A stretch of DNA of 64,000 nt from Bacteroidales bacterium (GTDB lineage: Bacteria; Bacteroidota; Bacteroidia; Bacteroidales; GCA-2711565). Each line of letters begins with the position of its first letter. Positions within the stretch are counted from its first letter, which is position 1. Shown here piece by piece: positions 57,661-64,000 of the stretch. The stretch is taken from contig OY787449.1 in NCBI GenBank assembly GCA_963678785.1, positions 2,783,835 through 2,847,834 on the forward strand, given 5' to 3'. A program made the position numbers and the translations under genes. The notes beneath the pieces were generated by a model. It did no database searches. It worked only from the letters and a program-made list of their open reading frames with translations, and had not been told where the DNA came from.

Positions 57661-59418
57661 TTATTCTTCTGCGTCAAAATCTTGTTCACATATTAAAATC
57701 CCATCATTGATCAGCTTGGATAGGTTCATATCGTGCTCTGATTTTTGGAGCAGGTAGGATTTTATTTCTTCTGATAAGGCTTTAAAATTAGAGATTTTAC
57801 ATAACTCATAGAGCTCAAGCGCTAATAACCAATCATCAGGGTAGTTCTCTTTTACAGTAATAAAAAGACTCGAAATCTGATTCCTGGAAACATTCTTTTC
57901 TGATTTCCTCAATTCTTTAGATTGGGAATATAATGTGTGAAGTTTTTTGACCTCTTTTGAGTAAACAATTTTATGTGTTTTTTCTTTGGGTGCTTCAAAA
58001 TGATGACCATAGGAGTCGGGATCTGCAGGGCCATTATAAACAGAAGTGATTTTATGACCAACGGCCAAGTCAAAAGTCCCCCAATCTTTTTGAAATAAAA
58101 CCTGATCCCCATAAGTTAAGGTGCAGTCGACAAAGCTTAGCAGAATAATTTTGCCTTCTTTTCGGAGAATGTTTTGAAGTTTGCCTTTTAGTTTTATTCC
58201 CGATTTCCATTCAAGAGAACAGTTTTTATGAAGTTTTATTCCTGCATCTTCTAGTTGATAATCATTCCAGCCACTGAATTCTGAGTTTAGGTTTTTTAAA
58301 GATCCAATGGGGGTGCTGTACCCATCTTTGTGATATTCTTTATGATGATTTTCAAGCTGTTTGTCCTGATAAGAAAGGCTTGTAGGGCCAATGGTCTTCA
58401 GGTAAATAACATCATCATTTTTGTCGAGGAATTTTTCAAGCTGCCCTGAGATTTGTAATCCACTGTCGAGGCATGTGCATGCAATAGCATTTGATTCAAT
58501 GGCTTTTTCAATCCCGTTTTTCCCTCCGGTTCTGTAAGCCATAGTGTCCACATACTCTTCCAAAACATTTAAAAGATGATTAAAATTTGGAGTTACAAAA
58601 AGTTGAGGTTGCATTGAGGTAATATCAAAATTGTAATTCATGGCCTCAATCGTATAAGGAATTTTTAAAACATTGTTTTGTATGGCATGATAACTTTCGC
58701 CTATGGATGACAAAAGCCCTGCACCATAGATTTTGGGATAATACATATTTCCAAATAAGCCATATTCAACAGTCCACCAATGCAGATTTCTGATTTTAGC
58801 AAGCTCTGAACGGGCGCTTAGAGTGGATTGGATGTCTGTAATCTGTTGCTCAGCATGAAGGATTGCTTCCTTTGAACTGTATGGATCCGCTTTTAAAATA
58901 GACAGATGACGAACTGCATGATAAAGCTTTCGATCTTTGGAAGACGGAAAAGCTTTTGATCCATAGAACCCAAACTTTTTTAAATACTCAGCATATTCGG
59001 GATGGGCAATAATTGGAGCATGCCCTGCTGCCTCATGCAATATGTCGGGAGCAGGAGTGTATTGAATTTGATCAATAGGACGGATATCTGCGGCAATAAC
59101 CAGAACATTATAGGCTTGAAATTCCATAAAGGCTGATGGTGGAATAAACCCGTCAACAGCTACAGCTGCCCACCCAATTTCCTTTAAAATTCGATTCATT
59201 CCGTACATCTGCGGAATTTGATTTACGCTAACTCCAGTTTTTTCAAGACCTGACAAATATGAATCATGAGCAACCTCTTTTAAAAAATGGATGTTTTGAC
59301 GCATGACATATCTCCACACCGCATGATCCTGGGTACTGTACTCATTATAAGGCTGATCAATAACCAAATCCAATAAATGTTTTGGGAGCTTTTCTAATAT
59401 CGAATTTGTTTCGTACAT
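57661..59418 (-). CDS. phhA: aromatic amino acid hydroxylase (phenylalanine-4-hydroxylase-like) with ~280-aa C-terminal extension
   Basis: 585 aa. The N-terminal ~300 aa carry the iron ligand context PDILHEAAGHAP (HxxxxH) and WWTVEYGL (Glu). The C-terminal half has no motif I recognise. Confidence 0.8.
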   Translation of the reverse strand: MYETNSILEKLPKHLLDLVIDQPYNEYSTQDHAVWRYVMRQNIHFLKEVAHDSYLSGLEKTGVSVNQIPQMYGMNRILKEIGWAAVAVDGFIPPSAFMEFQAYNVLVIAADIRPIDQIQYTPAPDILHEAAGHAPIIAHPEYAEYLKKFGFYGSKAFPSSKDRKLYHAVRHLSILKADPYSSKEAILHAEQQITDIQSTLSARSELAKIRNLHWWTVEYGLFGNMYYPKIYGAGLLSSIGESYHAIQNNVLKIPYTIEAMNYNFDITSMQPQLFVTPNFNHLLNVLEEYVDTMAYRTGGKNGIEKAIESNAIACTCLDSGLQISGQLEKFLDKNDDVIYLKTIGPTSLSYQDKQLENHHKEYHKDGYSTPIGSLKNLNSEFSGWNDYQLEDAGIKLHKNCSLEWKSGIKLKGKLQNILRKEGKIILLSFVDCTLTYGDQVLFQKDWGTFDLAVGHKITSVYNGPADPDSYGHHFEAPKEKTHKIVYSKEVKKLHTLYSQSKELRKSEKNVSRNQISSLFITVKENYPDDWLLALELYELCKISNFKALSEEIKSYLLQKSEHDMNLSKLINDGILICEQDFDAEE

Positions 59419-59525
59419 AGGTTATTACAATTAAGACTAAATTAAAATAAGTTCAAAGATACAACTTTTTTAAAAAGGTAAGGTGGCCAATGATTGTAGT
59501 TTGGTTGAATGATGATACCAGAATC

Positions 59526-60857
59526 TTAATTTAGTAAATTGGCTTGTTTGTTAAATCTTCTGAGGAATAGAATTCCGGCAGTAGCTAGACTGGCTACAAA
59601 TCCAACCCAAACTCCTTCCGGCCCTAGTTTTATGGTAAAAGCGAGGAAATAGCTTAAGGGTAAACTAATGAGAATGTAGGAAATAAAGGCAATAACCATC
59701 GCATATTTAACATCAGTTAAGCCACGCAGGGCTCCCAGCATAACCACCTGTAAGCCATCAAAAACCTGAAAGATTGCTGCCATCACAAGCAGTTTTGAGG
59801 CCACTTCGATAACTTCCTGGTCCTGAGTGTAAATATAGGGTAGTTGATTTCTGAAGATATAAAAAAGAATAGCTGTAGTACTCATGAATCCCAGCACAAG
59901 GTGAACCGAAGCATAGGAAGCTTTTTTCATTGAATCAAAGTCGCCCAGGTTTAATTGGTGTGATACACGAATGGTGGTCCCTGAAGAAATTCCGGTGGCA
60001 ATCATAAAAGTGACGCTTGCAAGCCCAATCGCAATTTGATGAGCAGCCAGAGACACAGGGCTTATCCATCCAATCATAATTGCCCCTAAGGCAAAAGCGA
60101 GAACTTCAAGTACAATTTGGATAGAAATTGGCCAGCCCACTTCAAACAATCGCTTAATGGTTTGTTTGTCGATATATGAATGGTAAGCACTTATTAAATG
60201 TTTTTTAAATAGATCTTTTCTGAAATAGACATAGACGAACAAAAGAGGCATAATCACCCTCGCAATAAGGGTTCCTATTCCAGCACCGGTTAAACCTAAC
60301 TCCGGGAAACCAAATTTCCCAAAGATGAATAAATAGTTAAAGCATATATTGATGATGTTTGCAATCAGGGTTATGGCCATGGCATAAATGGTACTTCCAA
60401 TTCCTTCAGCAAATTGCTTAAATGAGAAAAAGATCATGAATGGGAGTATCGAAATAACTAAAATTCGATAATATGGAACAGCTAGTTTTACAACTTCTTC
60501 ATCTTGTCCCATTCTGTCCATAAAAAAAGATACGGAAAACATGATGATCATGAGTGTGAGAGAAATTATAGAATTCAGAAATACCGAATTGTGTAACCAT
60601 TTACCTGCTAATTTATCATCGCCTGATGCCCATGCCGGTCCAACTAAGGGAGTTAGTCCGAAGGTAAAACCCATCGATAATACCATGCCAATCATAAAAA
60701 TGTTTCCGGCAAATGAAGCTGCAGCGAGTTCAAGTGTACCTACAGAACCAACCATCATATTGTCAACCTGCTGAACCAAAACTTGCCCTGCTTGAGATAA
60801 CATAACAGGTAAAGCCAGTAATAGGTTTCTTTTATAGAAAGGAAGGTAATGTTTCAT
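59526..60857 (-). CDS. MATE family efflux transporter
   Basis: 443 aa, 12 TM helices. The N-terminus LALPVMLSQAGQVLVQQVDNMMVG is typical of MATE/NorM. Confidence 0.9.
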   Translation of the reverse strand: MKHYLPFYKRNLLLALPVMLSQAGQVLVQQVDNMMVGSVGTLELAAASFAGNIFMIGMVLSMGFTFGLTPLVGPAWASGDDKLAGKWLHNSVFLNSIISLTLMIIMFSVSFFMDRMGQDEEVVKLAVPYYRILVISILPFMIFFSFKQFAEGIGSTIYAMAITLIANIINICFNYLFIFGKFGFPELGLTGAGIGTLIARVIMPLLFVYVYFRKDLFKKHLISAYHSYIDKQTIKRLFEVGWPISIQIVLEVLAFALGAIMIGWISPVSLAAHQIAIGLASVTFMIATGISSGTTIRVSHQLNLGDFDSMKKASYASVHLVLGFMSTTAILFYIFRNQLPYIYTQDQEVIEVASKLLVMAAIFQVFDGLQVVMLGALRGLTDVKYAMVIAFISYILISLPLSYFLAFTIKLGPEGVWVGFVASLATAGILFLRRFNKQANLLN

Positions 60858-60946
60858 TTGATTGGTTTAGGCTGTGCAAAAATAGTCAAATCATCATCGA
60901 TTACAACTTATTCAATTAATTGATCTCTATGATTTAAATCCTTTAC

Positions 60947-60954
60947 TAACTTTG
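60947..60954 (+). promoter_or_regulatory. -7 promoter box TAACTTTG only 10 nt upstream of the GT-A gene ATG
   Basis: Matches TAnnTTTG, with the same geometry as at murB. Confidence 0.35.
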
Positions 60955-60964
60955 GGGCATATTT

Positions 60965-62200
60965 ATGAAACCCAATTATCAACATTCGAAAATATATGTT
61001 GCCTTGCCAGCATTGAATGAATTCTCATATTTGCAGGATTTTGTAAAATGCATTCAGTCTCAAACCTTTAAAAGTTTTGAGTTGGTGGTATGTGTGAATC
61101 AGCCCGAATCGTGGTGGTCAGAATCTGCGCATTTGGCAGAATGCGAAAATAATCAGCAAAGTATTAAATGGTTTTCAGAGCAAGAGAAACTTAACCTGAT
61201 TATCCTTGATAAATCATCGAAAGGAAAAGGCTGGGCGGCAAAAAAATCGGGGGTAGGCTGGGCGCGCAAAACGCTAATGGATTATATCGCTGAAAAGGCC
61301 AATGACAATGACATTATTTTAAGTCTGGATGCCGATACCATTTTCAATCCAAATTATTTCCAATCTATTATTGATAATTTTAAAAGCGACCCCAAACAGG
61401 TAGCTGTTTCAGTGCCTTATTACCATCCCTTAACTGAAGATGAAGATACCAATCGGCATATATTGAGATATGAGATTTACATGAGGTATTATGCCTTGAA
61501 TTTATGGCGAATAAAAAGCCCATATAATTTTTCAGCTTTAGGATCAGCTATTGCGGTTCCCGTTTGGGCCTATGAGAGGGTAGGTGGTATCAGCCCTCAT
61601 AAAAGTGGTGAGGACTTTTATTTTTTGCTGAAGCTTCGGAAGTTCGGGAAACTTGGATTGTGGAATAAGGAAAAAGTATATCCGGCAGCTCGCTATTCTG
61701 ATCGGGTATTTTTTGGTACTGGGCCTGCAATGATTAAAGGTGCAGCAGGTGATTGGGAGAGTTACCCAATTTATGATGATCGCATTTTTGATGAAGTAAA
61801 AGCAACCTATTTGGCCTTTGAAAGTTTATTTACAGCGGATGTGGGTTTTCCAATGAAGGAATTCCTGTCTGATTTGTTTCGGGATGAAAAGTGGTTTGAA
61901 CCCTTGAGAAATAATAGTTCAAGTTCGAAACACTTCATCAAAGCCTGTCATGATAAGGTGGATGCATTAAGGATTTTGCAATACCTGAAATTTCAACAAA
62001 AGCAATGTCAGATTTCCAATGAAGAAATGTTGAAGAATTATCTTGTAAAATATCATGTTTCAAATACCAATTCCGAAATATTGAAGAAACTAGATGCAAG
62101 CTGGTCTTTTGATACCATAAGCATTACTGATTTAAATTCTCTCAGAGATTCTTTAGTCGAGATAGAAGAAAAATATCAAAAAGATGAATCCTCCAAATAA
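60965..62200 (+). CDS. GT-A fold glycosyltransferase family 2-like protein
   Basis: 411 aa. IYVALPALNEFSYLQDFVKCIQSQTF, the DxD-like LSLDADT and SGEDFYFL are GT2-like. The 3' end overlaps miaA by 17 nt. Confidence 0.65.
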   Translation: MKPNYQHSKIYVALPALNEFSYLQDFVKCIQSQTFKSFELVVCVNQPESWWSESAHLAECENNQQSIKWFSEQEKLNLIILDKSSKGKGWAAKKSGVGWARKTLMDYIAEKANDNDIILSLDADTIFNPNYFQSIIDNFKSDPKQVAVSVPYYHPLTEDEDTNRHILRYEIYMRYYALNLWRIKSPYNFSALGSAIAVPVWAYERVGGISPHKSGEDFYFLLKLRKFGKLGLWNKEKVYPAARYSDRVFFGTGPAMIKGAAGDWESYPIYDDRIFDEVKATYLAFESLFTADVGFPMKEFLSDLFRDEKWFEPLRNNSSSSKHFIKACHDKVDALRILQYLKFQQKQCQISNEEMLKNYLVKYHVSNTNSEILKKLDASWSFDTISITDLNSLRDSLVEIEEKYQKDESSK

Positions 62201-63110
62201 TTTAATTTGCATACTGGGACCAACCGCAACCGGGAAAACCCGTTTGGCTGCTGAATTGGCAAACTTAATTGACGCCGAAATCATCAGTGCTGATTCTCGG
62301 CAAGTATATCGTGGAATGGATTTAGGTACTGGAAAAGATCTGGAAGATTATGTGGTAGATGAAAAACCAATACCCTATCATTTAATCGATATTGTAGATC
62401 CTGGTTATGAGTATAATATTTTTGAATTTCAAAATCATTATTTGGAAGCCTATTCGGACATCATTGGAAGAAGTAAAAATGCCATATTATGCGGAGGGTC
62501 TGGAATGTACCTCGATTCAATTTTAAGAGGTTACGAAATAAAACAGGTACCCAGAAATCAGGAATTAAGAGATGTTTTGTCAAGATTGGATGATGAAGCA
62601 TTAAGTGAACGATTTCGGACTTATAAAGCTCCTCATAATGTAACGGATTTAAAAGACAGGGGGCGATTGGTTCGTGCCATTGAAATTTGTGAATTTGATC
62701 AAAGTCACAAAGATGTGGCTCCATTTCCGAAATATAATAGCATAAATTTCGGAATCCATTTCGAAAGAGAAGAGATCAGGAAACGAATTACCTTCAGGTT
62801 AAAAAACCGATTGGAGCATGGAATGATTGACGAAGTAAAGCAGCTTTTGGAAAAAGGAATTACGGCCAAACAATTAATGTTTTACGGCCTGGAGTATAAG
62901 TTCGTGACCCAATATGTAGAGGGCGAATTGCGATATAACGATCTTTTTCAGAAATTGAATTCAGCCATTCACCAATTTGCCAAACGACAGATGACTTGGT
63001 TTAGAAGGATGGAAAAGATGGGGGTTCAAATCAACTGGATTGATGGAGGATTAGAGCCACAGCAGAAATTGGAAAAGATATTAAGTAAAATTAAAAAAAC
63101 CGATCATTAA
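62184..63110 (+). CDS. miaA: tRNA dimethylallyltransferase
   Basis: 308 aa with P-loop ILGPTATGKT, SADSRQVYRGMDLGTGK and PYHLID. Confidence 0.95.
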   Translation: MNPPNNLICILGPTATGKTRLAAELANLIDAEIISADSRQVYRGMDLGTGKDLEDYVVDEKPIPYHLIDIVDPGYEYNIFEFQNHYLEAYSDIIGRSKNAILCGGSGMYLDSILRGYEIKQVPRNQELRDVLSRLDDEALSERFRTYKAPHNVTDLKDRGRLVRAIEICEFDQSHKDVAPFPKYNSINFGIHFEREEIRKRITFRLKNRLEHGMIDEVKQLLEKGITAKQLMFYGLEYKFVTQYVEGELRYNDLFQKLNSAIHQFAKRQMTWFRRMEKMGVQINWIDGGLEPQQKLEKILSKIKKTDH

Positions 63111-63183
63111 GGATAATGACCGGTCTGCGATAGATTGATTAAGAAGAATAAATCACCCTTCTTTTCTTAAATATTTTTTTGGA

Positions 63184-64000
63184 TTAAAACGGATTGTAAA
63201 GGTTTCCATTATTGCGATAACCTGAATAATCCATATACCAGTCTGGATAAGCGGATCCTGAACTTTCAGCCCATTCTATAAAATGATAGTAGGCCCAGGG
63301 AATTTCAATTTTCTCACGTGGCCATTCAAATGGATCTGCAATATTTATTGCCCATGGTAAATTATTTAAAGTTCTATAGTATTTACTAGTACCAGGATCA
63401 GAAACATCTTGCCAAGTGCCAAAATATCCATGATTTGCTAAATCAGTTGGTTCCTTATCTATGAGATGAACTTCCTTACCTCTTTCCTTGTTTACAATAA
63501 TAAATGGATTCCATTCTTCAAGTTTAAAATCATTCATGTTGTAGGTTAAAGTTTGAGGTATCATCATCACTGTCAAAGTATCATATGGTACAAAAGGAGC
63601 CCAGTTTTCAGTGTTTACCCCAGTACCTATTCCTGGATGTGGTAAATTATTAAACATATTATCGGTAACGATGATTGTAGGTTTACTCTGACCAGATTCA
63701 GTTCCATTAGAATTTAAGGTGATATATCCATCTCTTAAATCATAACCATTTACATTCAGGCTGTTAACGAGTGCTTGATTGGCTGTAGGTAAATTAAATC
63801 CAAACCCGTTTTGAAAATATGCGCCACTGGCTTTCAAAATAAATTGGGCTTTTATATAAACTACATGATTACTTGCATTTGTGATCGTTATAAATTTGTA
63901 ATCTACAACAACATCGTTGAAGTCGTAATCACCTTTTCCAGGCCATAAATCTTCATAAGCCAAACTATTGTAGCCGTGAGCAGGAAATTTATTAATGAAG
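63184..64000 (-). CDS. LruC-domain (DUF4842-like) protein; N-terminus cut by window edge
   Basis: AYEDLWPGKGDYDFNDVVVDYKF is the hallmark start of the LruC domain as I recall it. The ORF-track start at 63963 is a TTG. The frame stays open upstream to position 64000 (…FINKFPAHGYNSLAYEDLW). Confidence 0.7.
   Translation of the reverse strand, partial: FINKFPAHGYNSLAYEDLWPGKGDYDFNDVVVDYKFITITNASNHVVYIKAQFILKASGAYFQNGFGFNLPTANQALVNSLNVNGYDLRDGYITLNSNGTESGQSKPTIIVTDNMFNNLPHPGIGTGVNTENWAPFVPYDTLTVMMIPQTLTYNMNDFKLEEWNPFIIVNKERGKEVHLIDKEPTDLANHGYFGTWQDVSDPGTSKYYRTLNNLPWAINIADPFEWPREKIEIPWAYYHFIEWAESSGSAYPDWYMDYSGYRNNGNLYNPF

Noticed and set aside
1-64000. Scan for CRISPR arrays, tRNA/rRNA/tmRNA, IS elements, integrases, phage genes, toxin-antitoxin pairs and known defence-system genes
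   Set aside because: None were recognised. There are no spaced direct repeats, no tRNA-like T-arm context outside coding sequence, and no transposase, recombinase, reverse-transcriptase or nuclease-NTPase gene sets. The window looks like conserved core chromosome, not an accessory island.

Overview
AT-rich, gene-dense chromosomal backbone with about 62 protein genes and short spacers. It is almost certainly from a Bacteroidota genome. The basis for that call is inference: repeated TAnnTTTG -7 promoter boxes, mostly SD-less starts, a fused E1 alpha/beta dehydrogenase, and small conserved families that I recall as DUF4783-, DUF5606- and DUF2851-like. An Rnf complex plus class 1B DHOD suggests an anaerobic or facultative lifestyle.

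Gene content, left to right:
- A minus-strand string links a polysaccharide flippase to cysQ-cysC-cysD-cysN(+APS-kinase-like tail) and a CapD-like dehydratase.
- Next come gpsA-like, yihY and nadC.
- rseC precedes rnfBCDGEA.
- ftsE, two glycosyltransferases, murB and a DUF2752/TM2 pair follow.
- pyrK-pyrD, an M14 peptidase and purB come next.
- A run of transporters follows: POT, AGCS, CPA2-RCK and a K+ channel.
- UDG4, a transglutaminase-like protein and DUF2851 follow.
- A coiled-coil gene, zapA, a structured ~190-nt RNA (6S candidate) and rny form one string.
- def-ruvX, dapD, tsaC and a C-N hydrolase follow.
- An orphan fused E1, an S41 peptidase and a DHOD-like paralog come next.
- The Phe/Tyr catabolic block is hmgA-hppD-fahA-flavin reductase with a convergent long phhA.
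- The window ends with a MATE pump, a GT-A gene overlapping miaA, and a truncated LruC-domain gene.

I found no rRNA, tRNA, CRISPR array, transposase, integrase, phage or recognisable defence genes. I do not see a convincing novel multi-gene system, and the window reads as ordinary core genome.

The observations most worth a second look:
- the degenerate APS-kinase-like domain fused to CysN beside an intact cysC
- the PAPS-supply genes wired into a polysaccharide locus
- the unannotated 6S-like RNA between zapA and rny
- the homogentisate cluster that lacks maiA and phhB but carries a flavin-reductase gene and a double-length PAH
- a DHOD paralog without the catalytic Cys motif

Several start codons were moved relative to the ORF track, as noted in the individual feature entries.
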